A DNA stretch of 55,290 nt from Methanobacteriota archaeon (GTDB lineage Archaea; Thermoplasmatota; Poseidoniia; Poseidoniales; Thalassarchaeaceae). Where the stretch lies: the NCBI GenBank assembly GCA_011523185.1, contig WTHI01000092.1:3048-58337 (forward strand), given 5' to 3'. Shown one piece after another: positions 1-9,270 of this stretch. Each line of letters begins with the position of its first letter. Position 1 is the stretch's first letter. The position numbers and the translations under genes are program-made. The notes below the pieces were generated by a model. The model did no database searches. It had not been told where the DNA came from and saw only the letters and a program-made list of their open reading frames with translations.

Positions 1-868
1 GAGATTTCATGCTAGCAGAAGAACCGGTAAGGAGCCTTGCAGTGTCCGAGATTGGAGTGCAAATAACCACTCTCTCTGCAGCAAGAAAACCATCTTTTGT
101 ATTGACTCCGGTGACTATGCCTTCTTCACGAAAGAGGCTAGTAACAGGCGATGAGAGAACTACATCCACTCCAGAAGCCGCTAGTGTCCTCCGTAGACTA
201 GAGGATACAGCATTCGTAAAGTCGTTCGTAAAGCAACCAACATCTAATGCATCGGCATTACCGATAAGGGCCTTCTTGAACAAGAATATTGCAGATGCTG
301 CACTAGCTTGAGAGCAATCTACATTCAATGCCAATTTACTTATTGGATTCCAAAAACGTGAGATTGCTCGTTTAGTCTGTCCATTGTTTTCTAGCCATTC
401 GAGGAAACTTAAATCGTCGAGTTCCCGCCTTTGCTCTTGATCTATATTTTGCATAGCTTGGACAGCCTTTTGCATTGAGAATTTATCACCAAGTCCTAGG
501 AAATTAGCATTAAGAAAGGACGCCGATAGATGATTCGGAGGAGGAAGAGTTCCAGATTGAATCTTCGATATTCTTCTTTGCTCAACTTCGAGAAATGCAA
601 GCAAAGTGGAGTTTTGCAACTTTACCGATCCTCTCGCCTCACATGTTGCAAGTAATTGCAAAAAGCGTTCAAAATTTCTGAAAAATACATTTTGAGTCCC
701 GTCAATTGGTCGTTCTATTCCGCCAATATCTACACTACAATAACGGCCACCTAATCTTGGCGATGCCTCTAGCAGCGTAACACTCACACCTCTTCCTGCA
801 AGAGCGAGTGCCGAGGAACAACCGGCTATTCCTCCACCAATTACAACCACTCGCGATTGCGAACTCAC
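1..868 (-). CDS. FAD-dependent oxidoreductase, HpnE (hydroxysqualene dehydroxylase)/phytoene-desaturase-like; 3' end runs off the window; not in ORF track
   Basis: Manual minus-strand translation from GTG 868: SSQSRVVVIGGGIAGCSSALALAGRGVSVTLLEASPRLGGR...IDGTQNVFF...LDDLSFLEWLENNGQTKRAISRFWNPISKLALN...ASA. It has the GxGxxG dinucleotide fold plus HpnE-like internal motifs and is open to the window edge. Confidence 0.75.
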   Translation of the reverse strand, partial: MSSQSRVVVIGGGIAGCSSALALAGRGVSVTLLEASPRLGGRYCSVDIGGIERPIDGTQNVFFRNFERFLQLLATCEARGSVKLQNSTLLAFLEVEQRRISKIQSGTLPPPNHLSASFLNANFLGLGDKFSMQKAVQAMQNIDQEQRRELDDLSFLEWLENNGQTKRAISRFWNPISKLALNVDCSQASAASAIFLFKKALIGNADALDVGCFTNDFTNAVSSSLRRTLAASGVDVVLSSPVTSLFREEGIVTGVNTKDGFLAAERVVICTPISDTARLLTGSSASMKS

Positions 869-932
869 GAATGGCTCGTCGCATTATTTGGATTAAGTCT
901 GACCGTGAATACTAAGCCAAAACTATCGGTCT

Positions 933-1856
933 TCATAGAAGACCGGATTCTTCCAGAGCCACCTTCAACACAGCACCAATTTCAGAAGGATCACGTGCAA
1001 TATGAATTCCTGCGGCCTCAAATGCTGCGAATTTCTCGGCGGCTGTTCCCTTTCCACCAGAGATGATTGCGCCTGCATGCCCCATCCTTTTTCCTGGTGG
1101 AGCGGTAGAACCAGCAACGAAGCCGACAATTGGTTTACTCATGTTCGCGGCTGCCCATTCAGAAGCATCTTCCTCAGCGGTGCCTCCGATTTCTCCAATC
1201 ATTACTACGGCTACGGTTTGGGGGTCGGCTTCGAAGGCCGACAAACAATCAATGAATCCGGTTCCATTTACTGGATCGCCACCTATTCCAATGCAGGTGG
1301 ACTGTCCTTCTCCAATACTCATGGTCTGTGCTACTGCTTCATAGGTCAATGTTCCTGATTTCGATACTACCCCAATCCTACCTTTGGCGTGGATATGGCC
1401 TGGCATGATTCCGATTTTACAACCGCCATTATCTCCGGGTGTAATAATCCCAGGACAGTTTGGCCCTATGAGTCTGATTCCTTCTCTTTCGTTTACGTAA
1501 GCGACTGCCTTTACCATATCCAGAGTTGGTATTCCTTCGGTGATACATACAATGACTCCCTCTCCTTTGATTTGGTGGAAGGCATCGGCCGCTTCCATGA
1601 TTGCCGCAGCAGCAAATGGAGGCGGGACATAGATGACTGAAGCGTCTGCATCAGTTTGGTTGATGGCTTCCATCATGGTGTTGAAAACCGGGAATTCATT
1701 ACCTGCTAATTCTATACTTTGGCCACCCTTTCCAGGAGTTACACCACCGACTAAATTGGTACCATATTCAACCATCTTTTCACCATGGAACCTACCTTGC
1801 GAACCGGTAATTCCTTGGATTAGTAATTTCGAATCTTCTTGAACCCAAATCGCCAT
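933..1856 (-). CDS. sucD: Succinyl-CoA synthetase subunit alpha
   Basis: [23 protein letters not shown] and phospho-His motif RMGHAGA; ATG overlaps the sucC stop (TGATG). Confidence 0.97.
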   Translation of the reverse strand: MAIWVQEDSKLLIQGITGSQGRFHGEKMVEYGTNLVGGVTPGKGGQSIELAGNEFPVFNTMMEAINQTDADASVIYVPPPFAAAAIMEAADAFHQIKGEGVIVCITEGIPTLDMVKAVAYVNEREGIRLIGPNCPGIITPGDNGGCKIGIMPGHIHAKGRIGVVSKSGTLTYEAVAQTMSIGEGQSTCIGIGGDPVNGTGFIDCLSAFEADPQTVAVVMIGEIGGTAEEDASEWAAANMSKPIVGFVAGSTAPPGKRMGHAGAIISGGKGTAAEKFAAFEAAGIHIARDPSEIGAVLKVALEESGLL

Positions 1857-3064
1857 CACTGACCACCTCCTATTAATCCAACAATTGCTTCAGCACCTTC
1901 AGCCAATGTTTCCACAGATGTACAATCAAGGTCCGAGGCATCGATTATTGCTCGTCCCTCTTCGAACATAGTTCCTGATAAACGGATTACCAGTGGCACT
2001 TGTAATCCCATCTTTTCAGAGGCAGCAAGTACAGCTTTTGCAACAATATCGCATCGTTGGATACCTCCGAAGATATTGACTAATATCCCCTTGACGTTGG
2101 GGTCTTCGAGGATTATCTCAAAGGCTTCCTGAACCTTGGCTTCATCAGCACCTCCGCCAATATCAAGGAAATTGGCCGGTTCGCCCCCGTAGAGTTTGAT
2201 TACATCCATAGTTGCCATTGCTAGCCCTGCTCCATTGACCAAGCAACCAATATCTCCATCGAGTTTGACGTAGGAGAGGCCGGCTTCGTTGGCTCGAGTT
2301 TCGGTAGGTTCTTCCTCTGAATAATCTCTCAAATCTTCCCATTCTTTGTGTCTGAATGAGGCGTTTTCATCAAATCCAACCTTTGCATCAAGAGCCACTA
2401 TTTCATCAGATTTTGTTCGAACCAATGGATTGATTTCTACCATTGAACAATCGTTCGATACGAATAGATCGTAAAGACTTCCAATCATACCTACAAAGTC
2501 CTCTAATGCTGCCCCAGAGAGTTCGAGGGAAATGCCGAGTTCTTCCTTTTGCGAGTCTAGTAGACCAGTTGATGGATTCACCCAAATTTTGTGAATAGCT
2601 TCAGGAGTCTCTTCGGCCACTTCTTCAATATCCATTCCGCCTTCAGTCGAGGCCATGATTAGTACCTGTTTTGCTTCTCTATCTACCAATAAGGCGAGAT
2701 AGTATTCATGCGCAATTTCGCAACCAGCCTCGACGTAGATATTACTGACTAATTTTCCTGTGGGGCCTGTTTGCTTTGTTACAAGTATGTGGCCGAGGAT
2801 ATTTTCTGAATAGGTTTCAACCTCATCTCGGGAGAATGCTATCTTGACGCCACCCTCCATTAGAAGGTCTCCAGAATTTGGACAATACAGGTTTCCTTTT
2901 CCTCGCCCACCGGCATGGATTTGGCTCTTTACAGCAACAACTTTTGAGCCAAGGGAATCGTAAGCCGCAAGTGCATCTTCAACGGTTTTACAATGCACTC
3001 CTTCCTGTACCTTTACTCCTGCAGAACGAAACAATTCCTTCCCTTGATACTCGTGAATGTTCAT
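1856..3064 (-). CDS. sucC: Succinyl-CoA synthetase subunit beta
   Basis: MNIHEYQGK start, [35 protein letters not shown]. Confidence 0.97.
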   Translation of the reverse strand: MNIHEYQGKELFRSAGVKVQEGVHCKTVEDALAAYDSLGSKVVAVKSQIHAGGRGKGNLYCPNSGDLLMEGGVKIAFSRDEVETYSENILGHILVTKQTGPTGKLVSNIYVEAGCEIAHEYYLALLVDREAKQVLIMASTEGGMDIEEVAEETPEAIHKIWVNPSTGLLDSQKEELGISLELSGAALEDFVGMIGSLYDLFVSNDCSMVEINPLVRTKSDEIVALDAKVGFDENASFRHKEWEDLRDYSEEEPTETRANEAGLSYVKLDGDIGCLVNGAGLAMATMDVIKLYGGEPANFLDIGGGADEAKVQEAFEIILEDPNVKGILVNIFGGIQRCDIVAKAVLAASEKMGLQVPLVIRLSGTMFEEGRAIIDASDLDCTSVETLAEGAEAIVGLIGGGQ

Positions 3065-3173
3065 GTCGACGCTCCGGCGACCCAACAACCGTCTTTCAAC
3101 GATGCGCCTAACGAGTATGCACTAGGCGTCGGGGACACGAAGTGCTGAAAGTGGTAATTGCGCCCGCCCAACC

Positions 3174-4130
3174 ATGGACGTAGTGGTTCTGGCGGGCGGA
3201 TTTGGCACCCGACTCAGGCCTTTGACAGAAGGTAGAGTCAAGCCGTTACTGAGAATTCTCGACAAAACTCTGCTGGAGAGAGTCGTTGAGGTCGTACCCG
3301 AGGAGATGGTCGATAGAGTGGTAGTGGCGGCAGGCTATGGAATAGAGGAAATGCGTAACTGGGCCGAGAACACTAATCTTCCATATGAGATTGTATTGTC
3401 TGTAGAGGAAGAAGCACTCGGCACAGGTGGTGCTATCGCCCTTGCACGTGAGCACTTAACCGGAGAAGGCCCTGTTTTGATTTTGAATGGAGATTTAGTT
3501 TCAAGCGTGGACGTAGTAGCCTTAACTCAGCACCACGAGCAAACTCAGGCAAAAGCGACACTTTCACTTTGGCAAGTTGAAGATCCTAGCCGTTTCGGAG
3601 TTTGTGATTTGGATGATTTTGGAATGATTCGTCGCTTCCAGGAAAAACCGGCACCTGGTACTGAATTTTCCAATCTAATCAACGCAGGTTGCTATCTAAT
3701 CGAGCGTGAAGTGCTTGATGACATGGGTGTTCACAAACACTCCATGGAAAGAGAGATATTCCCTGATATTGCAAAATCGGGAGATATGGCAGGGCTTACA
3801 TTTGAGGGTTACTTTGTAGATGCTGGAACTCCTTCTTCCTTCATCGATGCAACTCAGGTTTGTATTTCCTCAAGCCGTTTTGATAGCGGGTCCTCATGCT
3901 GTGAATCTTGGTTTTCTGATTCTGTTTGCAAATCAGGAGTTACTGGCTCATCAATTGGAGTAGGGGCCGAGTTAGGTGAAGATGTGACAATTACGGATTC
4001 TGTTGTAATGGATGGTGCTCAAATCGGCTCAAGAGTGCAATTGACTAGATGTATAGTAGGCGAGGGGGCTCGCATTTCAGCCGGAACCGAGTTGAGCGAT
4101 GCAGTAATTGGTCATGGTTCGGCTATTTGA
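3174..4130 (+). CDS. NDP-sugar synthase / sugar-phosphate nucleotidyltransferase (mannose-1-P guanylyltransferase-like)
   Basis: LAGGFGTRLRPLT, LGTGGA, NGD, FQEKP and a C-terminal hexapeptide-repeat region. Confidence 0.9.
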   Translation: MDVVVLAGGFGTRLRPLTEGRVKPLLRILDKTLLERVVEVVPEEMVDRVVVAAGYGIEEMRNWAENTNLPYEIVLSVEEEALGTGGAIALAREHLTGEGPVLILNGDLVSSVDVVALTQHHEQTQAKATLSLWQVEDPSRFGVCDLDDFGMIRRFQEKPAPGTEFSNLINAGCYLIEREVLDDMGVHKHSMEREIFPDIAKSGDMAGLTFEGYFVDAGTPSSFIDATQVCISSSRFDSGSSCCESWFSDSVCKSGVTGSSIGVGAELGEDVTITDSVVMDGAQIGSRVQLTRCIVGEGARISAGTELSDAVIGHGSAI

Positions 4131-4179
4131 GCCGATTCTAATCCGTCAGCGTCAAAGAGTGTATTCATCTCGCCGATGC

Positions 4180-4842
4180 GTGACTCAACCAATCGTCGTG
4201 GTCAATCTGAAGACATACGAGACCGCACATGGCGCTAGTGCAGAGGCTTTAGCCAGAGCGATTTCAAGCGTAGAGACAAGTGCTCGCATGGTTGTCGCAG
4301 TATCCGCTTTCGACCTTAGCTCGGTAGTTGCTGCAGCACCTAATTTAGAGGTCTGGTGCCAACATCTAGACCCAGTCGGATTCGGTTCATTTACTGGTTG
4401 GTTACATCCTGCAACCGCTGTTGAAAGAGGTGCTACTGGAACACTAATCAATCACGCAGAGCACAAAGTGGAAATCGAGCATGTAGCCATGTTACTCGAC
4501 CAAGTCCCGGAAGGATTCACTGTATGCGCCTGTGCAGCAGACATTGAAGAGGCCCGTGCATTGACTGCATTAGGCCCGGATTTTGTCGCGGTCGAACCAC
4601 CGGAATTGATTGGCGGAGACATTTCTGTTACAACCGCAGACCCTACAATAGTAAGTGGAACAGCCGCTGCTGTAAAGGAAATTTCACAGCAGGTTGGCAT
4701 CCTATGTGGCGCGGGGGTAAAGAACGGTGCTGATGTTGCAGCGGCGATTGAACTTGGGACAACCGGAGTTCTTCTGGCTAGTGGAGTCACTAAGGCAGAG
4801 GATCCGGCATCAGTAATTGCGGACCTTGTTTCTTCTCTCTGA
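4180..4842 (+). CDS. tpiA: Triosephosphate isomerase (archaeal short type)
   Basis: VVNLKTY, INHAEH, AVEPPELIG, LCGAG, GVLLASG; probable GTG start at 4180. Confidence 0.95.
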   Translation: MTQPIVVVNLKTYETAHGASAEALARAISSVETSARMVVAVSAFDLSSVVAAAPNLEVWCQHLDPVGFGSFTGWLHPATAVERGATGTLINHAEHKVEIEHVAMLLDQVPEGFTVCACAADIEEARALTALGPDFVAVEPPELIGGDISVTTADPTIVSGTAAAVKEISQQVGILCGAGVKNGADVAAAIELGTTGVLLASGVTKAEDPASVIADLVSSL

Positions 4843-4848
4843 TTAGTG

Positions 4849-4956
4849 TCATTGGCGAGCTTGCTTACGAGCGGCCTTTCGCCTTCGTAGCTTCTTCTTT
4901 CGCCACTTCCAGCGCTGCTTCCCAGCCTTCTTCCACGCACGGGAACCTCGCTTCAT
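4849..4956 (-). CDS. rpl41e: Ribosomal protein L41e (eS32), 35 aa; not in ORF track
   Basis: Manual translation MKRGSRAWKKAGKQRWKWRKKKLRRRKAARKQARQ*, matching the long archaeal L41e pattern (WKK.G..RWKW.KK..RR.K..RK). Confidence 0.85.
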   Translation of the reverse strand: MKRGSRAWKKAGKQRWKWRKKKLRRRKAARKQARQ

Positions 4957-5028
4957 GCGTCGCGCCGACCTGCTGGGTGTATTTGATGTAAACGGTGAAT
5001 CCCTACGGGATTATTCGCCAGAGAATGG

Positions 5029-5105
5029 TGGTGGGCGCGCCAGGATTCGAACCCGGGTCACCGGCTTAGAAGGCCAGCATGATATCCAGACTACACCACG
5101 CACCC
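5029..5105 (-). tRNA. tRNA-Arg(UCU), intronless, CCA encoded
   Basis: Reverse complement GGGTGCG...CTGGC-CT-TCT-AA-GCCGG...GGTTCGAATCC...CGCGCCC-A-CCA forms a cloverleaf. Confidence 0.95.
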
Positions 5106-5187
5106 ATGCCATGCGCGGCACTTCCCCTTTGTGAAACCTGCACCTTGTCATCTAGAGTAAGATTCTGCTCAGAAAGGAAAATCAACA

Positions 5188-5913
5188 CTACTCGTTAACG
5201 TCTTCACCCGAACTATAATTGAGTATTCCATCATCCAGCATATCTTCACGAATATCAGACTTTGAGCGACCGGTTTCCTTCGCCATTTTCTTCAATTTCT
5301 TGTTTACTCTGCGTTGTCCGCCAATCAATTCTCTAAGGCCATGGTAGATACGTAATATAGTCTCTAAGATTGATAACAAAATGAGGCTATTGAGGTAAGA
5401 TTGAGCCAATTCGTTTCGATTCTCGATTAATTCTTCGAATTCACTGAACTCTACAGAAATTGAACTGACCAAGAATACACCAAGAACCGCAAATGGCAAC
5501 ATCTTCGCGACATCTCGAGACAAATCCTCAGTCCAATAAGACAGGATTCGCACCGATCCTACAACGGCTGTGGCAAGCAATGCATTCCTTGCGTGATCAT
5601 CTCCATCAGCTAGGAGAGTTAGAATCACTGCCATAACAACGGTCCAGAAGCCGATGAGAACAGGTATCGCCAGAGCGTATTGGATTAACCAAACAGCAGT
5701 CCTAAAGAAGGCACGAATCTTTCCATCCATTGTCTGGTCATATTTGCTTAAGTCCAGATTCAGGATATCTCTTCTTGCTAGAAGCCTATAGAACATGAAG
5801 ACGAACCCAGAGTAGGCCGCGATAGCAATAATCGCCATCAGTGTTGGAAAGGACTCAGCGATGAAATCGTCAACCAAATTAGAGATATCATCTGCTGTTG
5901 GAGGGAATTCCAT
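5188..5913 (-). CDS. Hypothetical integral membrane protein
   Basis: 241-aa ORF with about 5 hydrophobic segments; no family motif recognised. Confidence 0.75.
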   Translation of the reverse strand: MEFPPTADDISNLVDDFIAESFPTLMAIIAIAAYSGFVFMFYRLLARRDILNLDLSKYDQTMDGKIRAFFRTAVWLIQYALAIPVLIGFWTVVMAVILTLLADGDDHARNALLATAVVGSVRILSYWTEDLSRDVAKMLPFAVLGVFLVSSISVEFSEFEELIENRNELAQSYLNSLILLSILETILRIYHGLRELIGGQRRVNKKLKKMAKETGRSKSDIREDMLDDGILNYSSGEDVNE

Positions 5914-5976
5914 TGGTTGGCCTTACCGGCTAGGAGTTCATGGTGATTTTGCAGGCATTATCTCTTCTGATGCAAA

Positions 5977-6522
5977 TTATCGACTACTAAACGGGCGAGC
6001 ACATTTTGGACATCTTTGAGGTAAAGAGACTCTTCTTCTCTGCCATGTGTGGCCACATTCTCCGCAAATCCAGGACTGTTCAGGAAGTTCCGCTAGAACT
6101 TCTTCTCGCATGCTTCTCAACACAGGTGATTCGGACAACTTTGGGGCCGGTGCTATTTCATTGACAAGTTCACTATGGCGGTTCCCATGATCGACTAAAC
6201 CTGCAGCGTGGAGTAATTCATGAACTAGAGTGTGTAGGTATAGTTTCTCATCATCTTTCAATCTTGGATGTAGGGCGATTGTAATCGGACCCGGTGAGCC
6301 TCTCAGTCTACGCCTGCGAAAAAGTTCGTGATGGTCAAATTCAAACCGAGTGTAACCTAAGCGATTATCCGAGGCATCAGCCCACTGCAAGGAAAGTTGC
6401 TTTGGCAGATGTCGCAGAAAAGGTGCATCATCACGAGTTAATCTAGATGATAACTCCTCCATGATACCCTCTGGTAAATTAGGGGTTCCATTTGGACTGG
6501 ACGAGACAGGCCCCTCACTCAT
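5977..6522 (-). CDS. SprT-like zinc metalloprotease with C-terminal zinc ribbon
   Basis: TLVHELLH (HExxH) plus downstream DHG; C-terminal CGECG...CPKC. Confidence 0.75.
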   Translation of the reverse strand: MSEGPVSSSPNGTPNLPEGIMEELSSRLTRDDAPFLRHLPKQLSLQWADASDNRLGYTRFEFDHHELFRRRRLRGSPGPITIALHPRLKDDEKLYLHTLVHELLHAAGLVDHGNRHSELVNEIAPAPKLSESPVLRSMREEVLAELPEQSWICGECGHTWQRRRVSLPQRCPKCARPFSSR

Positions 6523-6575
6523 GCCGTTGCCTGCTCAGTTCTCCTTAAATGGCCGTCGCAAGTCGTAATCTCACT

Positions 6576-6652
6576 GGGCGTGTGGCGCAGCTTGGAAGCG
6601 CGCTTCCTTGGCATGGAAGAGGCCCCGAGTTCAAATCTCGGCACGTCCACCA
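6576..6652 (+). tRNA. tRNA-Ala(GGC), CCA encoded
   Basis: GGGCGTG/CACGTCC acceptor stem with G3:U70, anticodon arm CTTCC-TT-GGC-AT-GGAAG, T-loop TTCAAAT. Confidence 0.95.
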
Positions 6653-6744
6653 CTTCTTGCTCCTGATTTCCTCGCTTACGAATTGTTTTCTAGAACAAAT
6701 CCCGGGTCGGAATAATAATTTTACACAGGTAATTTTTCAAACAG

Positions 6745-6766
6745 TCGGTGTTATTTCCAACACCGA
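6745..6766. promoter_or_regulatory. Inverted repeat (candidate operator) upstream of the peptide ABC operon
   Basis: TCGGTGTT-N6-AACACCGA, perfect 8-bp arms, about 40 bp upstream of the TATA box. Confidence 0.4.
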
Positions 6767-6795
6767 GTCGTCAAAACTCGAATTCGATGAGCAAT

Positions 6796-6815
6796 AAAGG
6801 GATATTCTATATATG
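6796..6815 (+). promoter_or_regulatory. BRE/TATA box of the ABC operon (probably leaderless mRNA)
   Basis: Purine-rich AAAGGG followed by TATATATG at 6808-6815, 30 nt before ATG 6838. Confidence 0.6.
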
Positions 6816-6837
6816 AACCAAAGACTCGCTCGCGAGG

Positions 6838-9090
6838 ATGGACTCTAAATTGAGAGCCTTATTGATGTGTACGCTGATGATTGCATCAGCTCTTGCCGGG
6901 TGTCTCGGCGGAGATGATGATGATGGTGACGACGTCGTAGAAGTATTGGGGTGCACTTATGCAGATGCCAATAACTACAACGCCGAAGCCACAAAGGACG
7001 ACGGATCTTGTGAATATGATCCGGGCTTCGAGCCTGTAGATGGTTGCACTAACCCTGCTGCAACAAACTACAACTCGGCTGCGACCCGTGATGATGGATC
7101 CTGTACCATGCCTGAAACTGTAATGGGCTGTATGGACGAGGCTGCGAATAACTACAATTCCGCAGCTGAAGCCGACGACGGCTCTTGCGATTATGGAATG
7201 GCACAGGGAGACATTATGGCCGCATACGCCAGTGGAGAAATGGCATTCTCTGATGCATGGTACAACCTATCTGTATCACGAAAGTGCCGTGACTTGGGTA
7301 CGAACAACCCGTGTGAAATGACACAAATGACGATTGGTGAGGCAGATACTCACGATCCAGCAGATGCTTACGATTCAGCATCTGGTGACGTTATTTCCAA
7401 CGTCTATGATACCCTATACCGATACGAGGGAGACGGTGATGGTGGTTCGATTATCGTACCACGATTGGCTACCGGACACACAGTTAGTGAAGACGGTCTA
7501 ACCTACACCTTTACGCTACGTGACGATGTTTACTTTAGCAACGGTGATCACATGACCTCTGCAGATGCAGTATACTCATGGTGCCGTGTTATCGGAATGG
7601 GTGCTCCGTCCTCTGGAGTCAACTGGATTCTAACTCAGTCATTCGACTGTAACGATGCAGATGGCAACCACGATGATTGGGGTGGCGAAAGACTGAACGT
7701 CATCGATGACTACAGTTTCTCCGTTGAAATCTTCGATCCATCTGCTGCTTTCGTAGCGACAATTGCTTACACTGTTGGTTCAGTTATCAACTCACAGCTT
7801 TGTGAAGACAACAGAGTAATCGAGACTGACGAAAATGGCACAGTAACATCCGATGACTTCTGTCATGAATTCATGGACGAGGCGCAAGTAGGTGCTGGAA
7901 CCAACGCTTACATGGTAGCACAGTGGGCTCGCGGAACTCGCTTGGTTATGGAGCCTAACTGGATGTACTGGGAACATGCAGACTTCAACCTGAACAGGGT
8001 TGTTGTCGACCTGGTAGAAGAGACTCAGACTCGTGTACTTGCTCTACAAGATGGCGAAGTTGACCGAGCATACATCCCGTCTGCTCAGAAGACCGAATTC
8101 TGCAACAATATGGAAGATCTACCTAACGCAGAAGGTAAGGAAGGATTCCGCTGCACATACCGCCAAACATACAGTGTTGTGAATGTACCATACAACTTCA
8201 AGCCAAAGGCAGACATGGCTGATGGTACCGCAGATTACATCGTCAATCACGACTGTGACGGAGATGGAACAAACGACTGTAACGTACTGAGTCAGTCAGC
8301 TGTGAGAGAAGCACTAAGCTACACTTTGGATTATGATACTATCCACACTGAAGCATATAAGGGCGAATTGATGCCAATCTATGGACCAATCCCTACTGGA
8401 TTCCCATATGACGACACACAGTACGAAGTATTCACCTATGATCTTGATTATGCAGAATCAGTACTGGACGCTGCTGGATTCATTCGTCAGTATGATTGTG
8501 CTTCGCTCACCCTAACAGGCGAGCCTACAGTAGTTCCTGAAGCAGACAGAGATGGTACAGAATGCAGACTGCCAAATGAACTTAGAATTCTGACAAACAC
8601 TGGAAATGACCAGAGAATTGCAGTAGCACAGCTTTGGGGCCCTGCGCTAGAATCAATCGGAATCGCTAATGACAACGCTGACCAGCCTTGGGCTACAGTG
8701 ATTGACAACTACATCTATGGAAAGTGGGACCTTTGGGTCATTGGCTGGGGACCAGACTACCTGGACCCAGACAACTATTGGTCACCATTTGCAGGAAGTG
8801 CTGACATCGGTGGAGATGCCTACCACGGCTACTTCGAGAATGATGCATTGGACGCAATTCTGCTAGATGCTAGAACAGAACAAGATTCTGACGCTCGAGA
8901 AGATCTGTATGCTCAGGCTTACGATCTTTGGGTAACCTCGCCAACAATGGCTCTATTGGGTCAATATGCTGGTGTAGGGGTCGGTTCCGACCACATGTGC
9001 CCACCAGCATATGATGCAATTGGAGGAGACTATTTCTTCAATTGGGACAAGTTGGCAAAGGTCTCCGGATCATACGTCGGCGAGTGCTGA
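6838..9090 (+). CDS. Peptide ABC transporter substrate-binding lipoprotein (SBP family 5, DppA/OppA-like)
   Basis: Lipobox LAGC, DPADAYDSAS...NVYDTL, SEDGLTYTFTLRDDVYFSNG, GWGPDYLDP; first gene of the dppBCDF-like operon. Confidence 0.93.
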   Translation: MDSKLRALLMCTLMIASALAGCLGGDDDDGDDVVEVLGCTYADANNYNAEATKDDGSCEYDPGFEPVDGCTNPAATNYNSAATRDDGSCTMPETVMGCMDEAANNYNSAAEADDGSCDYGMAQGDIMAAYASGEMAFSDAWYNLSVSRKCRDLGTNNPCEMTQMTIGEADTHDPADAYDSASGDVISNVYDTLYRYEGDGDGGSIIVPRLATGHTVSEDGLTYTFTLRDDVYFSNGDHMTSADAVYSWCRVIGMGAPSSGVNWILTQSFDCNDADGNHDDWGGERLNVIDDYSFSVEIFDPSAAFVATIAYTVGSVINSQLCEDNRVIETDENGTVTSDDFCHEFMDEAQVGAGTNAYMVAQWARGTRLVMEPNWMYWEHADFNLNRVVVDLVEETQTRVLALQDGEVDRAYIPSAQKTEFCNNMEDLPNAEGKEGFRCTYRQTYSVVNVPYNFKPKADMADGTADYIVNHDCDGDGTNDCNVLSQSAVREALSYTLDYDTIHTEAYKGELMPIYGPIPTGFPYDDTQYEVFTYDLDYAESVLDAAGFIRQYDCASLTLTGEPTVVPEADRDGTECRLPNELRILTNTGNDQRIAVAQLWGPALESIGIANDNADQPWATVIDNYIYGKWDLWVIGWGPDYLDPDNYWSPFAGSADIGGDAYHGYFENDALDAILLDARTEQDSDAREDLYAQAYDLWVTSPTMALLGQYAGVGVGSDHMCPPAYDAIGGDYFFNWDKLAKVSGSYVGEC
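6949..7194 (+). repeat. Three tandem Cys-bracketed protein repeats GC(T/M)xxxAxNYNxxAxxDDGSC in the SBP stalk
   Basis: GCTYADANNYNAEATKDDGSC, GCTNPAATNYNSAATRDDGSC, GCMDEAANNYNSAAEADDGSC. Confidence 0.9.
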
Positions 9091-9128
9091 TAACTGAAAA
9101 CCAGATTAGTATCTGATTTTACGAAAAC

Positions 9129-9158
9129 CCCCGCGTCGGGATACCTCCCGGCGCGGGG
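9129..9158. terminator. GC-rich intercistronic stem-loop between the SBP and permease genes
   Basis: CCCCGCGTCGGGA-TACC-TCCCGGCGCGGGG: 13-bp stem with one G.U pair and a 4-nt loop. Confidence 0.65.
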
Positions 9159-9270
9159 TAAATATTCTATTAAATCGCAGGCGGAAGCGTTGAGAAAATA
9201 ACGGAAGGATTCATTCATCTAAGCGACTGATTTCCTTCCATAAACTAGAGATTGCCGGTTGTGAATTAAA

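Noticed and set aside
9-311. Plus-strand 100-aa ORF, and the many other short antisense or overlapping ORFs in the track
   Set aside because: They are shadows of well-supported genes on the opposite strand or in another frame and have no motifs.
4452-4940. 162-aa minus-strand ORF
   Set aside because: It is an antisense shadow of tpiA and is in the wrong frame over the real L41e ORF.
5026-5032. Genomic CCACCA at the 3' end of tRNA-Arg (a known degradation tag)
   Set aside because: The tag is added post-transcriptionally by the CCA-adding enzyme, and genomic trailers are normally trimmed; it is likely chance.
5029-6652. Two-gene segment between two tRNAs as an integrated element
   Set aside because: There is no integrase, no att-like direct repeat of a tRNA 3' end and no obvious compositional shift.
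6549-6797. 82-aa ORF
   Set aside because: It overlaps tRNA-Ala and the promoter region and has no protein features.
6949-7194. DNA-level repeats (AACTACAA...GACGACGG) as a CRISPR array
   Set aside because: The repeats are degenerate at synonymous positions and in frame within a CDS, and there are no cas genes.
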